Shown: positions 41,335 through 49,602 of the stretch, piece by piece
How the letters are laid out: every line of letters starts with the position of its first letter
Numbering within the stretch: the stretch's first letter is position 1
Source: Candidatus Nitrospinota bacterium M3_3B_026
Lineage (GTDB): Bacteria > Nitrospinota_A > UBA7883 > JBPRGF01
Length of the DNA: 64,000 nucleotides
Direction of reading: 5' to 3'
NCBI GenBank assembly: GCA_051418015.1
Contig: JBPRGF010000031.1
Location: 32,001-96,000, forward strand
Position numbers and translations under genes: made by a program
Notes under the pieces: model-generated
What the model was told of the DNA's origin: nothing
Database searches by the model: none
The model's input: the letters and a program-made list of their open reading frames with translations, nothing else

Positions 41335-41365
41335 CGTTGAACCTCCCTGCGGCCGATCACCGGCC

Positions 41366-41788
41366 CTACATGTCCTTGAGCTTCTCGCGGGAGAAGCGCC
41401 TTTCCGAGGCGGTCAAGACCCCCGCCCCGGACCCCGCCGAGGGCGCGCGGGCGGCCCCGGAGAGGGTGACCTCGCCCGCGGCGAGCTTTTCCAAAAACAA
41501 AAGCGCCCTGGCCCGCTCGCCCTCCCACACAGGCGACGGCGCCGAGCGGACGCCGAAGAGCGCCGCGATGGCGAGCCTGGCCGAGGCGTCCCGTATCACC
41601 TCCGGGACGGGGTTGAAGGGGACCGCGTAGACCCTGCCCGCGTAGGAGTCGATCACCGCGTCGGCCTCGTCTACGGCGCGGGCTATCCGCTCCACGTCCA
41701 TGCGGCCTGACCCCGCGGCGCCGGTGAGCATGGCCAGGGTCTCGTCGTCGATCCTCGCCCTGACATCTTCCAGCGTGCTGTATGACAT
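41366..41788 (-). CDS. Head-tail adaptor, Mu gp36-like (DUF1320)
   Basis: MSYSTLEDV, EADAVIDSY..RVYAVP, FLEKLAAGEVTL, RRFSREKL. Confidence 0.88.
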   Translation of the reverse strand: MSYSTLEDVRARIDDETLAMLTGAAGSGRMDVERIARAVDEADAVIDSYAGRVYAVPFNPVPEVIRDASARLAIAALFGVRSAPSPVWEGERARALLFLEKLAAGEVTLSGAARAPSAGSGAGVLTASERRFSREKLKDM

Positions 41789-41862
41789 TTTTTACCTTTC
41801 ACGTCTCGCCGGTTTTCCGCCGGCCGCGGGCCGGAGCCGCCAGCCCCGGCCCGGAAAAAAGT

Positions 41863-42849
41863 TTACGCGCCGCCGGTGGAGCCGTAGATCAGCTGCGGCA
41901 GGCCGTAGCCCGCGGCGCCGCGGTAGTCCACGCCGTAGATGTACTCCTTGCGCATGAAGACGTTCTCGTCGTCGGGGCTGTCGAGGGCCACGAACTCGGC
42001 CTCCTTGCGAGTCTGGAGTATGAAAGGTTTAACCGGCTTGCCTAGGCAGGCCAGGAACCAGTACGTGGGGTTGGCGGCGAGCTCCGGGGCGACGACGATG
42101 TCGGCGGAGTTTTTCCAGACGTTGGACTGCCCGCTCGCCGCCAGGTCAGCCCGGACGATGTCGAGGGCCTCCTTCTCGAGCTGCGGCGGGACGATGACGT
42201 GGGTGGGGATGATCCTCATGGGCCGCCCCTCCTCGTTGACCAGGCTCATCATCCCCTGGCGCGCCGTCTCGTAGGCGACGGAGGAGAGGGGGTCGGTCCC
42301 CTTGTTGGACCATGCGGGCAGCGAGCCGTTGGGATGGTCCGTGTCGAAGAAGAGCTGTCCATCGAAGCAGGTCCGCGAAAAGCCCTCGGCCATGAGGCTG
42401 AAGATCAGCTCGTCGGGGTGCTGCTTGGCGTTCTCGGCCAGCTGCGAAAAGAGCGGCGCGTAGACGCCGATGTTGTCGTCCTCGATGTCGTTTCTCGACA
42501 CGGCGACGGTGGCCTCGAAGTCGCGGTTCTTTATGACGAAGCCGTCGCGGGCCAGGTCCTTCACGGCGCGGTCGCCGAGCCACTCGGTCAGCCCCGGCAG
42601 GGCGCCGAGCCAGCGGTACTCCTCCTGGCTGGTCTTGGAGTCGACCCGCATGGCCAAAATGCCGCTGTGGGTGGGGGCGGCCTCGTAGGCCTTGGAGAAG
42701 ACGGTCTTGAACCCGCGCATGGTGTCGCTCAGGGTGGAGCGGTTTATCACCGGCCCCAGGACAAGCGGCAGCAGCTCCGCCCCGGCGGCGTCCGCGCCCC
42801 CGGAAAGAAGCGGTATCGCGGCGAGAAGTATCAGCGCTATGTAACCCAT
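41863..42849 (-). CDS. Major capsid protein, Mu gpT-like, with hydrophobic N-terminal extension
   Basis: EEYRWLG.LP..EWLGDR, KNRDFEATV.V.RNDIEDD..G.Y, FDGQ.FFDTDHP, YGVDYR.AAGYG. Confidence 0.93.
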   Translation of the reverse strand: MGYIALILLAAIPLLSGGADAAGAELLPLVLGPVINRSTLSDTMRGFKTVFSKAYEAAPTHSGILAMRVDSKTSQEEYRWLGALPGLTEWLGDRAVKDLARDGFVIKNRDFEATVAVSRNDIEDDNIGVYAPLFSQLAENAKQHPDELIFSLMAEGFSRTCFDGQLFFDTDHPNGSLPAWSNKGTDPLSSVAYETARQGMMSLVNEEGRPMRIIPTHVIVPPQLEKEALDIVRADLAASGQSNVWKNSADIVVAPELAANPTYWFLACLGKPVKPFILQTRKEAEFVALDSPDDENVFMRKEYIYGVDYRGAAGYGLPQLIYGSTGGA

Positions 42850-42885
42850 CCTTTTTTCCTTTCCGTTCATGGTTTTCGATCTTGC

Positions 42886-43536
42886 CTAGCCGCGGGCGGC
42901 GCCCAGGATGTCGACGTAGACCGACGAGGCGGAGACGGCCTCCGCGATCCTGCCCGCGCGGACGTGGCGCAGCTGGATCGTGTCGGACTGGTCGGTCCCC
43001 GGCAGCGACGCGGCGGTTACCTTCGCCAGGATCATCGACCCGTCGGCCGCGGTGAGGACGAAAGAGCCCCCCGCGGAGACGTCCACCGCCGCTCCTCCGC
43101 CGAAGCTCAACGACGTCGAGGCGGCGGTGTAGGCCAGCTGGCGCGAGCCGCCCATGCTCATGGGGACGCGCTCGAGGGTGACGCCGGTGACGTTCACCGG
43201 CTGGGCGGCTATGCCGTGGCCGACGGTGTTGTCGTCGACGACGTATACGTCCGCGCCGGTGTCGGCCTGGGTCATGCCGGAGGCGTTGTACTCGAACACC
43301 CCCTCCCTGCGCCCGAGGACGAGGACGTCGCCCGCGGCGCCCGTGGAGTTGTCGGCCCGCTCGTCGGCCTTGCCGGCGAAGGCGAAGGACGCGTCGTCGG
43401 CCGCCGGGACGGCGCGGCCGGATGAATCCAGGCAGACCAGCGCCCCGGCGTATATCACCGCCGCCGCGGCCACGGGATGGGCGAAAAGAGTCCCGTCCTT
43501 TCTCGCGGTTTTTCTGTCTTCTGTGAGGTTCGCCAC
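42886..43536 (-). CDS. Capsid decoration/cement protein (Mu-like)
   Basis: MANLTEDRKT, PVAAAAVIYAGALV, ADNSTGAAGD, VYVVDDNTV; lies between protease and capsid. Confidence 0.75.
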   Translation of the reverse strand: MANLTEDRKTARKDGTLFAHPVAAAAVIYAGALVCLDSSGRAVPAADDASFAFAGKADERADNSTGAAGDVLVLGRREGVFEYNASGMTQADTGADVYVVDDNTVGHGIAAQPVNVTGVTLERVPMSMGGSRQLAYTAASTSLSFGGGAAVDVSAGGSFVLTAADGSMILAKVTAASLPGTDQSDTIQLRHVRAGRIAEAVSASSVYVDILGAARG

Positions 43537-43581
43537 TTTTCTTTTCCTTTCCTTGTTAGCGTTTTCGTTGGGCCGGGCGGA

Positions 43582-44499
43582 TCAGCCGCCGTACCTGCGG
43601 AAATCCTCCTCGGATATGTTCAGCAGGCGCATGACGTCTCGCTCGCCCTCAGTCAGCGAGGGCTCGGGCCGCGCCGCGCCGCATTCGGTCATCACGCCGC
43701 CGACGGGTACCATCGGCCCGGAGTTGACCAGGAACATCCGCAGCGACTCCGGGTTCGACGCGCCCAGGCTGACGGCCCACTCCCTCTGGCTCGGGCGCAG
43801 CCTGCCCGCCGCCACGGCGTCGTTGACCATCCGCTCGACCCTCCCCTCGGCGGCCTCCGCGGCGCGCCCGGCAAGGGCCGCGATCCTCTCCCGCGCCTCG
43901 TCGTCCGTGGCCTCCGGGGTCAGCCCCAGGAGGGCGGCGGCGGAGCCGAGCAGTGAGACGAGGCTCGCGGGCTCGCGCTCCTGCGACAGTTTTTTTGCCG
44001 TCTCCAGGATCTGTTCCTCCGGCGCGTCCGGGGCGAGCCCCAGCGCCTTCCTGATCCTTGTTCTGAAACTTTCCTTCATCGTCTTCTCCTCTCTTGAGAT
44101 TTCGTTTGAGAGCGGGGGCATGGCGCCTATGTTCGGGTGGTTGGTGAGCCCCAGCCCCACGAGGCCCGTGATCCGCCCGTCCCGCGCCTCGAAGACCGGC
44201 GAAAGGTACATGTACTCGCGGCGCGCGATCAGCCCGCGGGCCGCGTCCGTCCACTCGATCGGCGCGACAATGCCATCCTCGGCGAGGCGCGCCTTCCCGG
44301 TCATCACCCACCCGGCGGCGGGGGCGTGGCCGCATTCGTTCATGGACTCGTGCCGGTAGTCGACGGCCAGGGGGCGGCCGAGGCTCCGCAGCTTCTCGAG
44401 GATCGCGGCGGCGGCGGCGCGGTCTATCACCTGCTCGCCCAGTGGATGGGGGAACGACCCCAGCGGGACGATCAGCGTCTTCATCGCGGCGCCGCTCAT
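43582..44499 (-). CDS. Prohead protease, Mu gpI-like, with C-terminal scaffold region
   Basis: VDYRHES, APAAGW, EWT..A...I..REYMYLSPVF, LTNHPNI; internal RBS+ATG at 44079. Confidence 0.9.
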   Translation of the reverse strand: MSGAAMKTLIVPLGSFPHPLGEQVIDRAAAAAILEKLRSLGRPLAVDYRHESMNECGHAPAAGWVMTGKARLAEDGIVAPIEWTDAARGLIARREYMYLSPVFEARDGRITGLVGLGLTNHPNIGAMPPLSNEISREEKTMKESFRTRIRKALGLAPDAPEEQILETAKKLSQEREPASLVSLLGSAAALLGLTPEATDDEARERIAALAGRAAEAAEGRVERMVNDAVAAGRLRPSQREWAVSLGASNPESLRMFLVNSGPMVPVGGVMTECGAARPEPSLTEGERDVMRLLNISEEDFRRYGG

Positions 44500-45749
44500 C
44501 GGGACGCCTCCCCCGCGCCCGCCGGGGCGCCGGTCAGCGTCTCGTCCAGGTCGCCCAGGATCGGCACGCCGGTTATCTCCGCGAAGACACGGGCCGGCAC
44601 CTTCGCCCCCATCTCCACGAGCCTGCGCGCCTGCTCGAGGCGCGCCTCCGCCTCGGCGTGGCTCGAGAGCCGGGTAATGATTTTCGGATACCTTTTCCGC
44701 GGGCCGAAGTTGAAGTCCACCAGCGGCCGGACGATGTCCTGGGTCAGCGTCTCGTCCAGGGCGCCGCAGTCGTAGGCGACGATGTCGCTTCTCACGCGCT
44801 CGTGGACCCTGCCGAGGGCGTAAGAGGAGCCTGAGCCCTGGCCCCCCTCGGTGGTGAGGGTCTGCCCGAGGAGCCTTTTCGACTTCTGGCGGTTGAAAAA
44901 CTCCGCCGCCTCGCGGAACAGCTTGTGGTCGCCTGCGAGGGCGGAGTGGATGAACTCGATCGTCGTGTCCTCTGAGATCACCGCCGCCGCGTCGGACCCG
45001 AGCTGGGATACGGCCCTGCGCAGCGCCTCCCGGGCGCCCTCGTCGGCGGTCTTTTTGTACTTGCCGAGGCGCAGGGGGATGCCGTAGACGTCCATGAAGG
45101 AGAGCCAGTCCTTGATGGTGAAGTTCGTGAAGAGGTAGTACCACGATATCCCCCGGTAGAGCCCCGTCTTCAGGAAGACCTCCGGGCCGCGCCCGGCGGA
45201 ATGGAGGATGAACTTCTCCCTCGGCAGATCGACTGCCCGCCCCTCCGGCGAGACCCACGCGGGGAAGCCGCGGAGCCTGCCGGGCTCCTCCGGGTCCGCG
45301 AAGGTGAACAGCGCCTGGGGGCGGGGGAGTATGTCTTTTATGACCGCCGTCCCCTCCGAGGCGTCCCAGAGGATCTCCGCCACGGCGAACCCGTGGGTGA
45401 CGGCGCTCATCAGCGAGGCCGCCAGCTCCCGGCGCCGGGGGATGTTGTCGAGCGCCTCGCGGACGAAGAGGGCGATCCTCTCGTCCTCGTCCGACGACGA
45501 CGCCGGGATGACGTCCCGCTCCCTCGATGCCGCGGCCAGCAGCCGCGTCTGCGTCACGGCGCCGAGGTGCAGGTCTCGCTCGGCCATCTCGTCGAACAGC
45601 GCCATCGCCTCCGCCGTCTCGCCCTCGTCCAGGGCGCGCAGTATGCCCGCCAGGCGGGCGGGCGTCAGGTTTCTTACCGCGCTTCCGTCCATGGCCGGCG
45701 GTCGTCCGGAGGGGATGATCTCCCCCGGTGCGGGCCTTCTTTTTTTCAT
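44496..45749 (-). CDS. Portal protein, Mu gp29-like (DUF935)
   Basis: LTPARLAGIL, M.ERD.HL, GFAVAEILW, KDWLSF.DVYGIPLRLGKY, LGQTLTT, ALGRVHERVR. Confidence 0.92.
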   Translation of the reverse strand: MKKRRPAPGEIIPSGRPPAMDGSAVRNLTPARLAGILRALDEGETAEAMALFDEMAERDLHLGAVTQTRLLAAASRERDVIPASSSDEDERIALFVREALDNIPRRRELAASLMSAVTHGFAVAEILWDASEGTAVIKDILPRPQALFTFADPEEPGRLRGFPAWVSPEGRAVDLPREKFILHSAGRGPEVFLKTGLYRGISWYYLFTNFTIKDWLSFMDVYGIPLRLGKYKKTADEGAREALRRAVSQLGSDAAAVISEDTTIEFIHSALAGDHKLFREAAEFFNRQKSKRLLGQTLTTEGGQGSGSSYALGRVHERVRSDIVAYDCGALDETLTQDIVRPLVDFNFGPRKRYPKIITRLSSHAEAEARLEQARRLVEMGAKVPARVFAEITGVPILGDLDETLTGAPAGAGEASR

Positions 45750-45765
45750 GGCGTTCCTTTCCTTG

Positions 45766-47304
45766 CTAGAAGTTGACAAGCCGCGTCCGCCTTTCGATGG
45801 ACTCGTAGTCCGCGCCGCGCCCCGGGCCGCCGTCCTTCGCGGCGTTGACGGCCAGGGCCAGCGCCCAGGCGAGGTCTGAGTGGTGGCCGGTCTCCGCGGC
45901 GTGGTAGAGAGGCGTCCCGGAGGCGGAAAAACCCTCGCGGATGGCGGTGATGTGCGACACCAGGTCCCTGTCCGCCGGGATGACGAGCCCGCCGCCGTCG
46001 AAGGCGGCGCTCAGCCCGCCGACGAGGGCCGCCTTGGACCTTGCGGTGAAGACGAACCCCTCCGCCGCGCCGGGCCAGTCCGCCTCCATCCGTTCGGCCA
46101 ACTCCATGCCCATGCCTGTGGAGTCGATTTTCAGGCGGACGGCGCCCGCGCCCATCAGCCCGTCGAGGGCGGCCTTCTGCTCCCGGAACGGCGCGCCGGA
46201 GACCAGCGCCGCCATCCTGGTATAAAGCCTGTTACCAACCCTGTCGAGGACGGCCAGCGCCGCGCCGTCCCGCCTCCTGCCTGGGTCGTACCCCGCGTAA
46301 AGCGCGCCCTTGCGGACGGCCGCGAGCCAGCGCCAGGCCGCCCGGCCCGGAAGGATGCTCAGTTTCAGAAAGGAAAGCGGCGCGTCCGCCTCCGGGCCGA
46401 AGTCCGCCTCGGCGCATCTGATGACAAGCTCCTGGGGGATCGCCGCGTCGTCGGCGCCCGCGAAGACCAGCTCCGACTCGCGCCGGAACACCATCGAAGG
46501 CATCGACTCGTGGACCGACCGCAGCGCGGGCGTTCCGAATATTTTCACCCTCCTCGCCGTCGCCATTCCCGGCGCCTCGATTGCGGCGCGGGCGACGTCC
46601 GAGCAGAGGGCCGACGAGAGCCACCAGGGGACCTCGAACCTTGAGAATCCCGGGTACTTGCCCGAGCATATCTCGTGGAAGACCCCCCGCGCGGCAAGCG
46701 GCGTCGACTCGACGGCGAGCTGGCTCCCCTCGTCCCTCGCGATGACGTGGAGGGCGCCTTCGTATATCCTCCGCTGCGCCAGGCAGTGCGGCAGCTCCGA
46801 TATCCCCACGTCGCCGCCCCTGCCCCTTGGCGCCTTCGCCGCAAGCGACCGCAAGACCGAGCGCCGCCCGCGGGAGTCCTCGAAGGCGATCTCGTCCTTC
46901 GACCGCGCGATCGTCCTCAGGCGCCAGCCCGGCGGGAGGGAGTCGGCCATTTCCCGGGCGTATTCGATCTTGCCCCGCGCCTCTTCGCGGTTCATGCTGA
47001 CGAAGACGCCGCTGTATGGCGGGAACAGCTGCGCGCGGATGAACATCCTGGCCGTCATGATCCACGACCCTCCCACGCGCCTGCTTTTGAGGATGGAGGT
47101 GAGTCTCGCCTCCGAGCGCAGGAAGGCCTCCTGCCACGGGTCGAGCCTGACCGGCTCATCGCCCGCGCGGAGGAAGGCTTCGGCGAAGTTGGCCGGGTCA
47201 GCCAGCCATTCCAGAAGCCGCGCGCGCTCCGGCCGTTCCTTCGCGATCGCGGCGGGCGCGGGCCGCCCTTTCGCGGGCGAGCCTCGATAGGCGCTCGATC
47301 TCAT
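45766..47304 (-). CDS. Terminase large subunit, Mu gp28-like
   Basis: Q motif DPWQ, Walker A KSRRVGGS, STP; nuclease GYDPGRRRD, IDSTGMG, HSDLAWALALA; Walker B reads ISE. Confidence 0.9.
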   Translation of the reverse strand: MRSSAYRGSPAKGRPAPAAIAKERPERARLLEWLADPANFAEAFLRAGDEPVRLDPWQEAFLRSEARLTSILKSRRVGGSWIMTARMFIRAQLFPPYSGVFVSMNREEARGKIEYAREMADSLPPGWRLRTIARSKDEIAFEDSRGRRSVLRSLAAKAPRGRGGDVGISELPHCLAQRRIYEGALHVIARDEGSQLAVESTPLAARGVFHEICSGKYPGFSRFEVPWWLSSALCSDVARAAIEAPGMATARRVKIFGTPALRSVHESMPSMVFRRESELVFAGADDAAIPQELVIRCAEADFGPEADAPLSFLKLSILPGRAAWRWLAAVRKGALYAGYDPGRRRDGAALAVLDRVGNRLYTRMAALVSGAPFREQKAALDGLMGAGAVRLKIDSTGMGMELAERMEADWPGAAEGFVFTARSKAALVGGLSAAFDGGGLVIPADRDLVSHITAIREGFSASGTPLYHAAETGHHSDLAWALALAVNAAKDGGPGRGADYESIERRTRLVNF

Positions 47305-47899
47305 TTTTCTCCCTCGCTAGTTCTTTCACGTTTTCCGCGCCGAAGGTCTTCGACGCCCATTCGGTAAAGCCATCCCTTGCCGCCTCGGCGGAGGATCGGG
47401 CCTCGCCGCGGAGCATCGACAGCACCTTCTCGAAAGCCGAGCTTGCCGCGCGGAGGGCGATCCTGGCCGCCTCGGAGTCCCCGCCCGCCCCGTTCGCCTT
47501 CGACTTTGCCAGGCGCGCCGAGCGGTAGGAGAGGTCCAGCTTGAGGATGTTCTCCATCGTCATCGCCGCCAGGGGGTCGGCGGCGTCCGCGTAGCGGCGG
47601 AGGATGTCGCGGTAGACGGCGTTCTCCAGGACAGCCGCCATGTCCTCCACGTCCGCGCCCTCGCGGGCCTTTTTCAAAAAATCCTCGACGATCCGCGCCC
47701 CCTCGCGCTTGACCCGCGAGCGGGTGGAAAACTGGGTGGATATCTTCTCCATCGCCTCCTGGACGACCTTGATGGTCGCCTCCCGCTCGGCGCAGACCTG
47801 GTCGTGGACGGTCTTCAGGTCGAGCCCCTTGACGACTCCGGCCTTTATGGCCGCCCACTGCGGGCGGGAGAGCCTGGAGAGGGTGTTGACGCTACTCAT
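47198..47899 (-). CDS. Putative small terminase (Mu gp27 position)
   Basis: Helical 233-aa protein directly upstream of the large terminase; assigned by synteny only. Confidence 0.5.
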   Translation of the reverse strand: MSSVNTLSRLSRPQWAAIKAGVVKGLDLKTVHDQVCAEREATIKVVQEAMEKISTQFSTRSRVKREGARIVEDFLKKAREGADVEDMAAVLENAVYRDILRRYADAADPLAAMTMENILKLDLSYRSARLAKSKANGAGGDSEAARIALRAASSAFEKVLSMLRGEARSSAEAARDGFTEWASKTFGAENVKELAREKNEIERLSRLARERAARARRDREGTAGARAASGMAG

Positions 47900-48491
47900 C
47901 GCCGGCCACTCCCGGGTCGCTGGCGTTCCCTTCCAGAAGGTCCATCCCCTTCGCCGTTATCCTGGCCAGGAAAACCAGGTCGCCGCTCAGCGGGCTGGTC
48001 CTCATCTCCAGCAGCCCCTTGCCGTCGAGGTACCAGATGTGGAGCCTGGCCTGCTCGATGATGACGCCGGCCATGCCCATCTCCTTGAGCTCGTGGTGTA
48101 TCTCGTCGTCGGCGTTGAAAGAGTCCGGGAACTGGCGGCAGTAGGCCAGGATGGCCCTGCGTATCTGCCTTTTGCCCGCCAGGGCCGCAAGGTCCGGCGA
48201 CGCCGGGAGGATGCCCCGGTCGGATACGGCGCCCTCCACCACGTCCAGGCCGCTCGCGGTGATCCTGGCCGTGACGGCGCCTGACCGGGAGCGGTTCGCC
48301 GCCACGTATCCCTTCTTTTCAAGGTAGGCGAAGCAATCGCGGACCTTGCCGGCGTCGAGGCCGGGCAGGCTCTCCTTCAGCGCCGCGGCGATCCCCCTGT
48401 CCGACTGCGGGAACAGGTAGAGGTCCGCCAGCAGGCAGAGGATTCTCTTTCTCAGGTGTCTTGTCCTTGTCGTCTTGTTCGATGGGGGCAT
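47892..48491 (-). CDS. Tandem winged-helix protein, two Mu gp26-like domains
   Basis: Internal repeat R..IL...YL..KG..ARITA.G.D..EG..SD.G[IV] occurs twice. Confidence 0.7.
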   Translation of the reverse strand: MPPSNKTTRTRHLRKRILCLLADLYLFPQSDRGIAAALKESLPGLDAGKVRDCFAYLEKKGYVAANRSRSGAVTARITASGLDVVEGAVSDRGILPASPDLAALAGKRQIRRAILAYCRQFPDSFNADDEIHHELKEMGMAGVIIEQARLHIWYLDGKGLLEMRTSPLSGDLVFLARITAKGMDLLEGNASDPGVAGDE

Positions 48492-48492
48492 G

Positions 48493-48966
48493 TCAGCTCT
48501 CGGCTCCCGTCCGTGTCAGGTGGTTGTAGATGGTCTCCACTTTCTCGTTGAGGTTGGCGGAAAGGAGGCGGAACTCGTCCTGGCGGATCATCCTGCCGCG
48601 CAGGCAGGCGATCCTGGCCGCCATCCTGCGCTCCGCCGCTTTTATCCTCGCGCCGTTTTCCCGCTCCAGGCGGGCGATCTCGGCGTCCCTGGCCCGCGCC
48701 ATCCGGTCGACCTTGTCCGAAAGCTCCCTGATCTCCTCGCGGGTCCTGTCGACCATGTCGCGGAAGCCTCTCTCCGTCCTGTAGCTGTGGTCGCCGATCA
48801 TGGCGGCCATCCTGGCCTGGAGGGCGGCGACGTTTTTGGCGTTGGCGCCGATTTTCTCCTCCATGCCGGAGAGGGTCCTTTTCACGAGGGCGGCGAGGAC
48901 CGGCCAGGCAAGGCCCGCCAGAGCTATCACAACCCCCGAGCCGTGGTCCAGGGCCGCGCCGGTCAT
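48493..48966 (-). CDS. Single-TM coiled-coil protein (Mu gp25 position)
   Basis: RBS GGGAGG, N-terminal TM then coiled coil. Confidence 0.6.
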   Translation of the reverse strand: MTGAALDHGSGVVIALAGLAWPVLAALVKRTLSGMEEKIGANAKNVAALQARMAAMIGDHSYRTERGFRDMVDRTREEIRELSDKVDRMARARDAEIARLERENGARIKAAERRMAARIACLRGRMIRQDEFRLLSANLNEKVETIYNHLTRTGAES

Positions 48967-49139
48967 CGGAGCGCCTCCCGAAGGCGCGGGCGGGACGGCG
49001 GCGCCGGAAGGGCCCCCGAGCGCCGGGCGTGCGGCCTTGTGGCGGGGAGCCGGTGGGCGCCATGGGGGAGGGATCCGGGGCCTGAAAAGTTCCCGGACAT
49101 CGCAGCGTTCGGGAGCCTGTCCCGCGTCGTCGTCCTCAT
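48963..49139 (-). CDS. Possible 58-aa first ORF of the cluster
   Basis: RBS AAGGAGG before ATG 49139; ATGA overlap with the next gene; low-complexity product. Confidence 0.3.
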   Translation of the reverse strand: MRTTTRDRLPNAAMSGNFSGPGSLPHGAHRLPATRPHARRSGALPAPPSRPRLREALR

Positions 49140-49329
49140 CCTCGCCTCCTTCTTTCAAAAAACATCAACCAGCAAATCCCGGACGGACCGTCCGTCCGGC
49201 GCGGCCTCTACGGCCACGAGGCGCATGTTAATAAGCCCGGCGGCGGGATGAAACGGAAGGTGAAACAGAAGAAGAAAAAGGAGAACCTGAAAAACCTGAA
49301 AAAGGGCGCCGTGGTTTTTTTGGGCGTCT

Positions 49330-49562
49330 CAAAAACCCCCTCCCGCCGGAGCCTGCCCTGAACGCAGCGAAGGGGCGGACTCCCCCTGGGCAAGGGAGAG
49401 AAAGGGAGAAGGCGGGGGACTTTTATCCTTGTCCTCCCCCCTTGAAGTGGGGAGGATCGAGGTGGGGGTGATATGATTTGTTCATACACCCTCCCCCTGC
49501 GTCCCCTCCCGTCAAGGGAGGGGATTCACGATGTCATTCTGAGGCAAAAGCCGAAGAATCCC
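49330..49562. repeat. Cluster of REP-like palindromes (families A and B)
   Basis: CCTCCCCCCTTGAAGTGGGGAGGATCGAGGTGGGGGTG, GGAGCCTGCCCTGA, TGTCATTCTGAGG..GAAGAATCC. Confidence 0.8.
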
Positions 49563-49602
49563 GCCGCGGGCGGCGTGGCCGAACGGGATGGTTTTCAGAT
49601 GG

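Larger units (their letters stand above)
34276..49139 (-). mobile_element. Mu-like virion-gene cluster without transposition or replication genes (defective prophage or GTA-like element)
   Basis: Co-oriented, often translationally coupled genes in Mu late-gene order; bounded by host genes. Confidence 0.85.

Noticed and set aside
34842..41788. Tailocin or contractile injection system
   Set aside because: No sheath, tube or baseplate wedge genes are recognisable, while head and packaging genes are present.
43582..45258. Over-extended ORF-track starts suggesting fusions (43582..45258, 21269..23071, 29370..30776, 32073..33242)
   Set aside because: The extensions overlap bona fide genes; true starts with RBS or coupling lie downstream.
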